From Marsupella aquatica (lineage: Eukaryota > Plantae > Marchantiophyta): DNA of 64,000 nt. The translations under genes were made by a program, and so were the position numbers. Shown here piece by piece: positions 12,634-23,657 of the stretch. Position 1 is the stretch's first letter. Each line of letters begins with the position of its first letter. The DNA lies in contig OZ316897.1 of assembly GCA_973895155.1 (NCBI GenBank), positions 62,001 to 126,000 of the forward strand, in the 5' to 3' direction. The notes below the pieces were generated by a model. That model was not told where the DNA came from. It was given only the letters and a program-made list of their open reading frames with translations, and made no database searches.

Positions 12634-13566
12634 TAAAAAAGTAAATATATTATTTGTATTTATCATTATTTTTTATTACTTTGAACAAGTTAAAGTATGG
12701 ATTCTTTAATTTAAGGAATATAGGATCATAGGAAAATGTGTAAGAGTATGAATCATGGCATCTTATGCTAGGAGTGGAAAAACCCGAGGGTTAAGAGGAG
12801 ATGATGGTCCAACAAAGAAAAGCTTCTTCAAGAGGAGGAGGTGAAAAGGACCTAGACAGTAGTGAAAGTAGGAATCTCAATGTCAAGTGGATAGTTTTCC
12901 TCAACATATCATACATCTCCCTTAAGTTCTTACAGAACCTTGAAAGGCCTATAAATACATCATCCATTTTGACACTCCCATCCACTACTAGGTGATTTAT
13001 CTTGGAGAATAGAATGGGAGTGGTATTCTTGACCAAGTATTCATCATGTTGGACCCTAGATATATCATTCATTTCATGATAATGAGCTTTAGAACCAATT
13101 TTCTAGAGGCAACTCCAAGGCTAGTTAGGACCTGATAGGCACAGTACCAATCCTAATATTTCTTCAAACCAAGTAAATGGTTTTTTTTCTTTCAAAAAAC
13201 CAATAGAAACCCATGGGAAGGGGGGCCCAACAGGGCAACAAAAACCGAAGCAGTAAAATGCAAACTTGGTGAGACCAAAGGAGTCCAAAGGTGCGAGGGC
13301 TCAAAAGGAGGGAACAAGGTAGGAAAAAACACTAGTCAAAGGAAAATCCTGTAAGCTATGACTGTTTCAACTAGAAAGCTATGCATCCGAACGAGTAATC
13401 CACCTAAGACGTTCCTTACTCACCAACTCTTTGACTCTTAATAATCTAGTATGTTTTCTACTAGGACCCGAGGCCTCATAAAGGCCATGCAAGGCATCCA
13501 ATATTTCTGAAAGGAGGAGATTCAAGTTGAACCTTCTACTTGTCGTATAGCAATAAGTATCAAAAG

Positions 13567-14788
13567 TGTAATTTCTCACTTAAAACCGAGATTCTGATCC
13601 CTTAAAGAACGTATTTTGGTATGAATTGACTAACTTTCATCATTCTGAGTGATATAGAACTCATAGCTCTACACTTTCTATACTTCTCAACAAAATAAAG
13701 TAAACAAAACATAAAAGTAACTTAACTTCAGATTTACAGACTAGAAAGGAAATGATTCCAGTTTTGGAGACTCTAGTAAATTATTGCCACACCTTCAGAA
13801 AGGACTTAGTCTCAATATAAGCACGCCTAAAGTCTCTCAACTCATCAATCTTTCTACTGAAGATACAAAATTGAACAGAGATGAAGTTCTGAATCTGATA
13901 AACAAAGCAGCTTTTTGATTGCAAATGTAATGATATGCCTTAAAATGCCATCAACACGGTTTGACATGAGCGTCACACAATTCAGTCAAACTCTAAGTCA
14001 TATTCCGGAACAAAGCAACGGTACTGAAAGCTCTGAGAATCAAATTTATTTCTCATTCATCAACAACTACTCTTGAATTGGCTAGCGAATCTTGACTCTA
14101 CAAGCAAGCCTAGTAGTGAATTCAATACGAGTCTCAGAAGTCTGTAACTGAATTCAATCACCACAGGAATTCCTGAGTTTCAATCACAACTTCAAACAAA
14201 TGTTGTTTCACTTCCATACAACGCACTCTCAACATGCCTTGTTACAATGGGAGGAGGGACTATTCAAAAGATCCAATTCTGAATAAAGTGTTGTCTCTGA
14301 CTCTCTCTCTCCCTCTCTGGTTCAAATGAGCATCCTACTATGTCTTATAAGTGCTAAGGTCCTAAAATGAAGGAAATATGAAAAGCTATACCTGTTGAAC
14401 TTGAACTAAGTATGAGGAAAGTATAGCATAAGTACTTAGAGGTCAGAAAATACTACTATATGGGTAATCTATTTTGAAAGTTAAATCTAAGTATCGGAAG
14501 ATAAGGGACACTTCTAAAAGCATTGGGTGTGGATGGACGCTTCTGAGCGTCAAGTCAGAGTGGACGCTTTTAGAAGCGTCATGAGTTAAAGTACTCGAGA
14601 ATAGTCGATGCTGCTGAAAGCGTCGGGAGTGAATCATTGGAAAAGACCGGACATTTTTGGAAGCGTCGGTCGAAAAATGGTCGATGAGGGTAGACATTTC
14701 TGTTTAGCGTCCAGAATAGAACAAATGCTTAAAAAATGTTGAAAATAAACTGTCTTCCAAGAGGAATGGTAGAGATCGTCATTCCACA
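13567..14788 (-). repeat. Putative 3' LTR (~1.2 kb)
   Basis: Begins TG two nt after the purine tract AGTGGAGGGC (14791-14800, minus strand); TATA-like CTTATAAG at ~14344-14351; candidate end ...AATTACA at 13567. Left boundary uncertain because no second LTR is available. Confidence 0.55.
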
Positions 14789-14864
14789 TAGCCCTCCACT
14801 GAAATTTTGCCGTGTCCACACAAGACAACCACACTTTGATTAAAGACCAGTGCTAGATTCTTCA

Positions 14865-15233
14865 TCAAAAATCTTCTGGCTTGGGAATCCAAGTGGTACT
14901 CAAGACCATTGATGGAATATGGTTGTCATTGGGGTTCACAACATAAAAATCAAGGTCATAAAATTCTTCTCCAATTTGTAATGGCACTTGTTTTACTCTT
15001 CCCCAAAGTGAAATTAATCGTCCATCGATTGAGATTTGAGCACATATGGGCTGAACGTGTTGGAGAACTAATTGATGAAACAGTTTGTGGGACAGTAAAT
15101 TTATTCCAGAGCCTGGGTCAATAACAAAGTGCTGAATAGTGTGTCCTTCCAATTTAATCTCCCCTTCAAGAGAATACTGAAATGCGCAGGAGAGAAAATC
15201 ACAGCAATCCATAGTAGCTTTTACGGTCCACAT
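14865..15233 (-). CDS. Retropepsin-like aspartic protease domain
   Basis: FVIDPGSGINLLS active-site-like motif, GRVKQVPLQIG...LDFYVV...MVLSTTW (variant of xILGxxW). Confidence 0.65.
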   Translation of the reverse strand: MWTVKATMDCCDFLSCAFQYSLEGEIKLEGHTIQHFVIDPGSGINLLSHKLFHQLVLQHVQPICAQISIDGRLISLWGRVKQVPLQIGEEFYDLDFYVVNPNDNHIPSMVLSTTWIPKPEDF

Positions 15234-15342
15234 GATGACTCAAACAGAATAAGTGCTCCTCAGTGCTTCAATCAGGTCCATTCATACTCCAGGGAATAAA
15301 CGCCCCTTCAAATCTTATATACATGAAGACGTTGCAAATCTG

Positions 15343-17820
15343 CTATCTACTCAACAACCCTTGAGTAACAACGTCCGGCCACGAAGGAGGAGTAGGTAAC
15401 CTTACTAGTCTCCTAAGTGACTTATACCCTTGAGCAGAAGAGTTCATAGCCTTATTCCGTATCAACTGTTCTCGTAGCTTAACAAGCTCTTTCTCGTACT
15501 TATGCGGAACAGCATACCCTTCATGGCAGACCCAAACAGAGTATTGGTATGGCCAAGGAAACTCTGGAGTTATTGGCGGAAAAGGAGCTTCAGCACGTCG
15601 GAGGACATATACCCAACACCAAATTTCATATTCCAAACATTTATATCTTCTACCCTTATCAATGGGAGGAATAGCCTTACCCGGCTTATAAGTGGGAATC
15701 AACATTCGAATACTCGGTAGATACGTACCAGGTAAAATCTGTTGTTGTTGATGTATACTCTCCATTTCCAGATGTCGGAAAGCTATCCGAAAATCATTCT
15801 TCTCCCACTTATGAATTGAAGCAAGGTTAGGTATAGGAATTAGGGATGGTAGTACCACTGTGTGCCCAAGTTTGGGAGGTACTCTGATAATACGAGGATC
15901 TTCGTCTTCCTCTCCATCGCTTGGAGCTCCTTTCCAACGAAAAATAATGTCTGGGTTTGAAGAAGGTATCACCGACTCCTTAGTAGGCCAACGTGATAGT
16001 ACAACAGGAGATGAAGATGCAGGAGGTGGAGAAGAATTCCCCATTGTCGTGTTGATGGGCTTCAGCTGCTCAAAATCTGGTGAATTTGCTTCATGAAAGA
16101 TCTGTTGATTTCTTACACGACGCAACCTTTTCCCAGGTCTTCGAGTATATGTCACTTGAAATTGCTCCGTAATAAGTGAACTCTCATCTCCAAGTGATAT
16201 CCGAGTACCCTTATCTCTGCTTGAATCCAGTAAGATAGAAGCTGATGCAGAGCTAAATGCCAAATCAGGTGTTCCAGACAGAGGTATGGGTGGAGATACA
16301 CTCTTGGTCTCAGGTAGCCCTAAATTGCTTGAAGGTCCAAGAGATGGAGTGGTCTGTAGACTGTGTTGAGACTCAAGTAATCTCTCTTCTGGAAGGTAAG
16401 CTGGAGAAACCCAATCAACAGATGGGTGTGGAGGAGGCCCTTTTCTCGCCAATGCTTCTGCTAACTCCTCAGACATAATCAGAGCAACTGTTATCCTGGT
16501 TTCGGGGGTCGGCCACATAGGAAATGGCATGACAAAATTAGGTGAAGTTGGTTGTCCAGCTACTCCTTCTACATCTACTATTTCGTCCTCTGAATCAGCC
16601 TTAAACAACTTTACAAGCTCCGGGCATAGTACCGCCAGAGGTTCCATTGATTGTTGTACAAGAGGAACCACATCTAGGTTTGGGGAGGGACTACGAGAAT
16701 CTTCCGAATTATACTCCTGTAAAGCTTTTAAAGCATTATTACTCACTTCCATGGGTGGTGAAGCAGGGTTCTGTGAAGTTTTATCATACCCATCCGCTGC
16801 AGTAGTATATTGTTGAGGAGGTTCTCCTGGTAAGCTTTCTTCATCCACATCCATCCTGTCTTCGTCATTCGCTCTGAAAGCAAAATTGTCCTGATCAAGA
16901 TCTTGATCCTCTGATGGGTGGGAAAGAATTGGCTCGTCTCTCCCGCCAACTGGTTCTCTTGTCTCTTTCAGTCTCCGAACTTCATTTACCAGCTCAGATT
17001 CTTCGCAAGTGAGTAGTTCGCATAACGCCACCAGTGTTGAATTGGATCGGACTTCTCGTACTTCCGGCAACTCATTTGCTTCACAGGTAGATGCGCTCCA
17101 ATGGGTACGATAGAAGACTTTCTCTGAAAGGAGCAGACATTTATGCTTGTGATAAATGTGAGCTAGATAGGGAGTCAAGTTGGTAAATCTCAACTTTCCA
17201 GCTTGCAACCTGCTATGAAAGTTCTTTACCTGGGTATGAATTACCCTATATAAGATCTTCGTCCAATTGATGGTCTGCTTCTGTTCTAATGAAGAGATAA
17301 CGGTGGCAGCGAAAGAAAGAGTAATACGTGTCTGACTCTCTGGATAGAAAATTGGTGATAGAAATCGAAAAAGATGCTGCAAAGAGGTAACTAAACAGTC
17401 CGTGGTTACCCAACCATTTCGCCTCTTAAAGGATTCAGGAGCAAAGAAAGACTCTATATAAGCTCGGGGCTCTCCATCAATCCTCTCCAAATCCTCGCCC
17501 GTTGTCGGCGTCGAGTAGACTCCCGCTATGAGCGCTTCAGTCCAAACACTTGGACGCGAGCGGACACCGATTCCTTCCTCAGCGTCCCACACACCTTGGT
17601 CGATGAGGCTGAACTCACACATCCTCCAAGGGAAACGAAGTAATTTCTTCAAGCCCATCAATGCAAGATTCGTCCTCAATTGTCGGCGGTCCACCATATT
17701 CGACGGGATAATTGCGAGTATTGGTCGCGTCGTAAGTTTGGACTCCACCATCGTGTCAATCATAAAGGACGCTTCTCTTGCCGTTCCTAGAAGTGGACGC
17801 TTCTTGCAGCGTCCCGTCAA
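15343..17820 (-). CDS. Gypsy extra ORF (825 aa): PMD/Transposase_32-like N-terminus plus long Pro/Ser-rich region
   Basis: Intact long ORF downstream of pol. GLKKLLRFPW...WTEALIAGVYSTP..G...NGW...C...LFRFLSPIFYP...INWTKIL...LTPYLAHIY pattern. Confidence 0.65.
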   Translation of the reverse strand: MTGRCKKRPLLGTAREASFMIDTMVESKLTTRPILAIIPSNMVDRRQLRTNLALMGLKKLLRFPWRMCEFSLIDQGVWDAEEGIGVRSRPSVWTEALIAGVYSTPTTGEDLERIDGEPRAYIESFFAPESFKRRNGWVTTDCLVTSLQHLFRFLSPIFYPESQTRITLSFAATVISSLEQKQTINWTKILYRVIHTQVKNFHSRLQAGKLRFTNLTPYLAHIYHKHKCLLLSEKVFYRTHWSASTCEANELPEVREVRSNSTLVALCELLTCEESELVNEVRRLKETREPVGGRDEPILSHPSEDQDLDQDNFAFRANDEDRMDVDEESLPGEPPQQYTTAADGYDKTSQNPASPPMEVSNNALKALQEYNSEDSRSPSPNLDVVPLVQQSMEPLAVLCPELVKLFKADSEDEIVDVEGVAGQPTSPNFVMPFPMWPTPETRITVALIMSEELAEALARKGPPPHPSVDWVSPAYLPEERLLESQHSLQTTPSLGPSSNLGLPETKSVSPPIPLSGTPDLAFSSASASILLDSSRDKGTRISLGDESSLITEQFQVTYTRRPGKRLRRVRNQQIFHEANSPDFEQLKPINTTMGNSSPPPASSSPVVLSRWPTKESVIPSSNPDIIFRWKGAPSDGEEDEDPRIIRVPPKLGHTVVLPSLIPIPNLASIHKWEKNDFRIAFRHLEMESIHQQQQILPGTYLPSIRMLIPTYKPGKAIPPIDKGRRYKCLEYEIWCWVYVLRRAEAPFPPITPEFPWPYQYSVWVCHEGYAVPHKYEKELVKLREQLIRNKAMNSSAQGYKSLRRLVRLPTPPSWPDVVTQGLLSR

Positions 17821-17970
17821 GACTAAGTTTTAGGGTGGACGCTTCTCTCAGCATCCAGTGCAAAAACTAAAATTCTGAACACTTGTGAAAGGGGAGGGAA
17901 TGCTGATTCTAATAAAGTACAAACTACCTACCGCCCTCCACTGAAACTATGACCTGTCCCAGGTGAAACA

Positions 17971-19283
17971 CTAAATAGGAGACTCATGATATCGCTTAAC
18001 CCAGAATCCATTGATTCGGGTGTCAAGTGGGTGACCGTCTAAGGTAGTCAAGGAAACCGAACCGTTAGCCCAGATTTGGGCAACTCAATAAGGACCAATC
18101 CAATGGGTATGGAGTTTCCCAGGAAATAACATATAACAGGAATCAAAGACTAATGCTAAATCACCAACATCTAAATTCACGACTCGCAGCTTTTGATCAT
18201 AAACAAGCTTACGCTTGTTCTGAATTGTAGCTGTATGGTCTAACGCTAAAAGTCTAACTTCTTCTAATTTGACAATATCATAAAACCTATGTGGGAGACT
18301 AGCCGCTGGAGAGAGACGGTTGGATACCAAGAGTCGTTCTGTCGGGAAGGAGAATTCAATAGGAATAATACTGTCTAGGCCATAAGTCGGGTAGAAGGGA
18401 GTGTGAAGGGTTGTAATTTTCTCGGTAGTACGGTAAGCCCATAATGCAGAATGTAACTTCACATCCCAGTCTGTCTTGTGAGACTCTACTATCTTATTCA
18501 GGATCTTGCCCACAATGCCATTAGCTCTTTCCGTTAAGCCATTAGCTCTGGGTTTGTAAGGAGTAGTTTTGCGATGCTTGATAAGATATGTGTTAGTAAT
18601 TAACTCAATAGTTGAGTTAAGAAAATGCAAACCCCTATCGCTTACCAACTCCAAAGGACACCCGAACCGAGTAATAATGTGCTCAAAGAGAAATGCAGCC
18701 GTTGTTGTAGCATCATTCTTGCGAGTGGCTTTAGCCTCCACCCATTTGGTGGCATAATCAGTGGCCAAAATAATGTATTTACTTCGGCTTTTTCGAGCTG
18801 TTGGTGAAATTGGGCCAATAAAATCAATACCCCATTTCTCAAATGGTGTCAAAGGCAGGATGGGCGTAAGAGGCCATTTGGAACTAGCAGTGGGTTTCCC
18901 TATTCTTTGACAGGGGTCACACGTCTTAATAAAGTTGTAAGTATCTCTATGCATGGTAGGCCACCAGTACCCATCATCCAAAATTATCTTTACAGTAGTA
19001 TTGACAGCACAATGGCCACGTGTTTCACCAGAATGTAAAGCTTCAATTACTTGTGGGAGTTCCCTGTTCTCCAGACATCGTCGCATCTTCTGATCAGGAC
19101 CTTGTTTAAACAAAGTGCCCTGAAGGATAGTATAAGGTCCCACCTTATGTGCAAAAACAGCTCGTTCTTCCGCATTAAGGCCTTCAGGAAAACTACCATG
19201 AATCAACATGTGCACAATATCAAAATACCGTGAAGACTCTCCTTCAATGTGCCACAAATGCTCATCTGGGAATTCATCAGAAA
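17971..19283 (-). pseudogene. Gypsy pol C-terminus: integrase (HHCC, D,D35E, GPY/F) with one in-frame stop at 18085
   Basis: H(SGETRG)H...GYWWPTM...CDPCQ, WGIDFIGP, VSDRG, NGLTERAN, KLHTHWIGPY*; frame continues to TAG at 17971. Confidence 0.95.
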
Positions 19284-19919
19284 GATTATGCTGATTCTCT
19301 GGCCTGGGTAAGATGCACGGGCATTGGGCAAGGTGAATCTTGTCAGAAGTTCACATTTGTTAGACTAGAACCATTGGGATGCACAAGCTTTGAGGTCTCC
19401 TAAGCAATCACCAGTGCCTTTGATTTTGTCCCTAAACTAAGCAAAGTTCTCTTGTAGCATGTTAAGGGGAGCCCTCTACCTCTAAACCATGAGATCCTAA
19501 ACTAACTTCACTTGAGACATCTCTAGGTACGTAAATAAACAAACACTCATCAGGGAGGTCCAATTCTCAATTTCAGAGATAGTAGACATAGAAGTAGGCC
19601 CTATGGAGATAGATGAAATCAATAGAACTGAGAAACTAGTGGGGAGCAGGAAAACTACTCATACACAAATAGTCGCTTCCAAGTTGAAATTCCAAGTTTT
19701 AGAATAGAAAGAAAAGTGACTCTTCTATGGTAATAATGGATAGAAACCAAACAGAGATAAATAATAAGAAAAAAAACAACTAATGCAAAGATAAATTGAA
19801 TTTAGGGTGAAATGAATACAATGGGCATCATCATATATACGGGCATATATATCTCACAGCTTTGTTCATTAGAATCCCCTGGGAACTCCACATGTAGAGA
19901 TTTTGACTTTGATTCTTAT

Positions 19920-22900
19920 CTAACTGTAATTGTAATCAGTAAACATATCAAAGTGAATTCGCTCCGAGGTCGTGTTGTCCCTTTGATCAAGTGCAGCATA
20001 TCGAGCTTCCCGATCTTCATCTACTTGCTCTTGTCTTGCATGACACTGAGCCCATCTTCTCTTACTCATGTCATTCCTAAATGCCATTTGTCTCTCCTCT
20101 CTCTGTCCGGGGGTTTCCTCAACCATAATACCTTCCTCATTGTACAGTTTATACACACCAGGTCCTCGCTTGTCTGAAAGTTGTAATTCATCATCAATGT
20201 CCCCTTCTTCTAGGGATTGAGTAATGAGGTAGGACTTACTGACACCTGCAGCACTTCCCCATCTTAACATAGGCAGCTCACCTTTCAAAAACCCAGCTGC
20301 CACCATCAAATTGTACATCCTAGCAGCCGAAGGCCCTGCTCGACTAAATAATTTCCACAAATCTAGACCACCATCCTCCATCTCTCCAGTAACTGAGATG
20401 CGGACATCTGCTTTCTTGCCTGACCTTCCCACAACTTTGTATAATGTTCTTGTGAAGCAGTACCATTTGAAATACCGAGGATCCTTGAGCATGTTGTTGT
20501 ATGTTTCAATGTGATGGACACTCCACAACCATTTCTCGATCTGCTCCAAAAAACTTATCTGCTGATTTGTCCTGTAACTAGGTGTCATTAGTATCCGGAT
20601 ACTTGGATGGTGCTGCCAGATAGAAAAGTAAGTGGGGGTCGCTTCGTACATAACAGCTATTCCATCCTGTCCTTCTATTTGATCTCCCTCTTGCACTTGG
20701 TAATCCTGTGGTGGATCATGATATCCCCAAAGCAAAGCGGGACCAAAGTACTTCCCAATATTATAATTATACACACCTAGCTCTAACCATGTAATAACTA
20801 CTTCCGTGGGAGTCACTGCTTCCCAATAACTACTTTTCTCCAAGTGAACCAAAGATACATCTTCGGGGTTAAAGGGGTATACATCATTTCTAAAGTAACC
20901 CCCTTGACGAGCCACCACCGCTGGGTCACACCTCAATTCATAAAAGAACCTCATTGCCAAGTGACTAAGCTCAGGTGCAATTGGTAGATTGAAACTCATC
21001 CAATCATCAGATACTACTATGTCAGAGGTGAAAAATGGGTTGAATGCGACAGTAACCCCGTCCCTCTCCATCTTCTTCCACTGGGCAGCCTCCAAAAATG
21101 TGATGAGTCGGGGAAGTGTATACTTCCCACAATTGATCCGTACTTCCCGAGCAGCCCACGTTTTCAATATCAAGGGCAACAACTCATATAACTTACTATA
21201 AACATCTAGACAACATTTTCTCTGGTTATCCCTCTGTGCTAATCCCTCATGAACCATATTAGCCATTGCTTTAAGTGCAATAAAAGTTTCATTTTGAGGA
21301 TGCTCCCTTTCTAATTCCGACAACATGAATTGAGCTATTCGACTGTTAGCCCGACCTCCTAATCTATAAGACAAATCCTCAGGTAATTGTACATTAATAT
21401 GTCCAGACCACTCAAAAAAAGGCAGCATGAATCTAATCCTTATGGGGACTTCATCCCAAATCTGATCCCAATCTCCAGGTCTGATGTCCCTTTTATTTAC
21501 CTCTGCACTGGCCAAAATTATCCGAAGGGTTTCTAGTCCGAGGGCTTCATCAACCTCAATCGGATGCCAACCATCACTCTGCTCTCCAGACATTGTGGTC
21601 CAGTGGTTGATGCTGATCTTTTTCAGGATCTCAACTCGTTGTTTGTTTATTGGGTCTTTCAAAGCCCCATCCAATAACTTGGTGGCTTTCTTTGCTTCAT
21701 CTCTCAACTCTTGCACTCGAAGTTCCCAAGCATCATAAGCATGTCGTGGTATCCGAACATCCTTAGAATTACATTGCACCAACTCTCGCTAGGCTATTTC
21801 ACCCAACCACTTCTTTCTCTCCTTCTCTCTCTGCTTGGCACTTAATTCCAATGTTCGGATATACTCCACCCTCTCCAGGTTTTGCTGCTCCAACTTTTGT
21901 AACGCTTCAAAAGTCAGTGTGAGCTGCTGGGTAGTTTCTTTTAGCGACTTCTCTATCACTGTTATCATCTGAGAGGTATGACCTGCACATTGAGAGTGAG
22001 TATGGCGCACTTTAGCAAATTCATCTTCTACTTGCAGCCGCTTCTCCTTTTCTTCTTCATATTGGCCTGAAGCCTCCTTGCTCGCTTTTTGGGCCTCCTT
22101 CAATTGTGCATTCAACTCTCTGCCCTCTTCTTCAAAGGCAGCTACATACCGACTCAATTCTTCTGCCTTTGTGGTATTCTGAGCGTGTTGCTTCTCTGCT
22201 TCCTTCCGGACAGTTGTCACTTCCTCTATCAGCAAAGTAATCCTTGCCTCTTTTTCTTGGGACTTCATCTCCTGCTCATACAACATTTGTTCTCGTATCT
22301 CCACCTTCTCATTGAGGAGTCTCACCATCTCCTTGTTTTCCTTCAGCAAACTCTCCAACTTCTCAATCCTCTCTTGGAGCTTAAGGTTGGTGTTGGCGCT
22401 TCTGAACAGATCTTCTTCCTGCTGCTTTGCCTTTTCTCTCTCTCTTACCCCAGTTTCTGCTTCGAGTGCACAAATGTGAGCCAACCCGCACACTTCCTTG
22501 GCTTGATGTAACCACAAACGCTTGTCACTTCCTACAGGGAAGGGTCGATTAATAAACTTCATCCTCTGCTCAAAGGAGGTGAGCTCAGACAGAACAACAT
22601 TTGATAACAACTCTGTCAACACTGGTTGATGGTATACATAATCAGATTGGGCAGTGGATGTCACAGCTTCTTCTTCCTCTTCGACCGGGATTATCACTCT
22701 CCTTTTCTTTCTTTTCAAGGACTTAACACACGCATTCCCCTTTATCCTCAATGTACGTAATCCTTGTGCGCCTTCTTCATCAGAATTGTCCACTTCATCT
22801 GCACTGCTTGAGACCAGGCCCGAGACCAGGGATCCCTTTGGGGCATAGAGTCTCGGATTATCTTCTTCCCCATCCTCGCTCTCCGACTCCTCCTTTTCTT

Positions 22901-23657
22901 CTTCCTCCTGGTTTGCCTCCTCTCGCTCCTCTGAATCGCTATCCTGCAAGGAGATTATTGTGACCGCGGTTGTGATCCTATCGGCAGTGAGGGCGTGGTC
23001 CATCACTACGCTTAATACATATGCACAAATTGACGGAAACAATGGTAGCCCCTTCCTGGTTATAACACTTGCAAGGTTGCGCTTCCATATCAGCAATGGG
23101 TGAAGAGTTCCATCTAATACTCTCTTGGCAACTGATAGTTGCTCTGGCGTTACATAATGGTACCCACTCTTGAGGATTACCCATTTAGTAAAGAACTCCA
23201 CATACTTGCGGACCTCTTGGTTTGTCATAACGCCATATTGGACCTTCTTCTCATGCTGGAGCTCTCCTCCTTGTTTTAGGAAGGCACTCATCTCTCTTCC
23301 CGTAAGTGCCTCAATTGGATAGTCAGCTGGTAGGCTGTCTGGGGCGAAAATCCCAAACAAAGTCGCTAATTCCTTGTTGGGGATGCGGTAGGCTTGTGCT
23401 CTGTATGTGATAAACACTCCAGTATCTGCAAAATTGACATCCACAATATCTTTGTAAAGCTGACAAGCACGATCAATTGATACAAACCTATCAATTCGGA
23501 CAAGCCCATAGCATCGAGCCCTTTCAAATATCTCTCTGTATTCTTCAATGAAAGCCACCTCAGAGATTGAGTTCCTCAATCTTTCTTCTGGAGTTGATCG
23601 AGGTTGTTTATTTTTGGCTGGAGGGACCTCTACTCGGGTTTGATTTGGAGATGTCAT
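19920..23657 (-). pseudogene. ~1245-codon ORF split by one TAG (21789): PMD/Transposase_32-like domain, acidic/basic linker, coiled coil, then ~620-aa unknown globular region
   Basis: ORFs 21789-23657 and 19920-21782 are in the same frame, separated only by the stop plus two codons (GEIA*RELVQC). No introns apparent. Confidence 0.7.

Larger units (their letters stand above)
13567..19283 (-). mobile_element. 5'-truncated Ty3/Gypsy LTR retrotransposon with extra ORFs between pol and the 3' LTR
   Basis: Integrase, extra ORF, retropepsin-like ORF, PPT and a putative TG...CA LTR in the correct order on the minus strand. Homology ends at DEFPDEHLW (~19283); no RT, gag or 5' LTR seen. Confidence 0.8.

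Noticed and set aside
11269-13560. KDZ or Plavaka transposase next to the TET-like gene
   Set aside because: Looked for CxC clusters and KDZ catalytic motifs in the ORF track; none seen in this window.
22089-22511. Plus-strand ORFs overlapping long minus-strand genes (also 29298-29792, 34413-37616, 50005-50319)
   Set aside because: Antisense shadows with no independent motifs.
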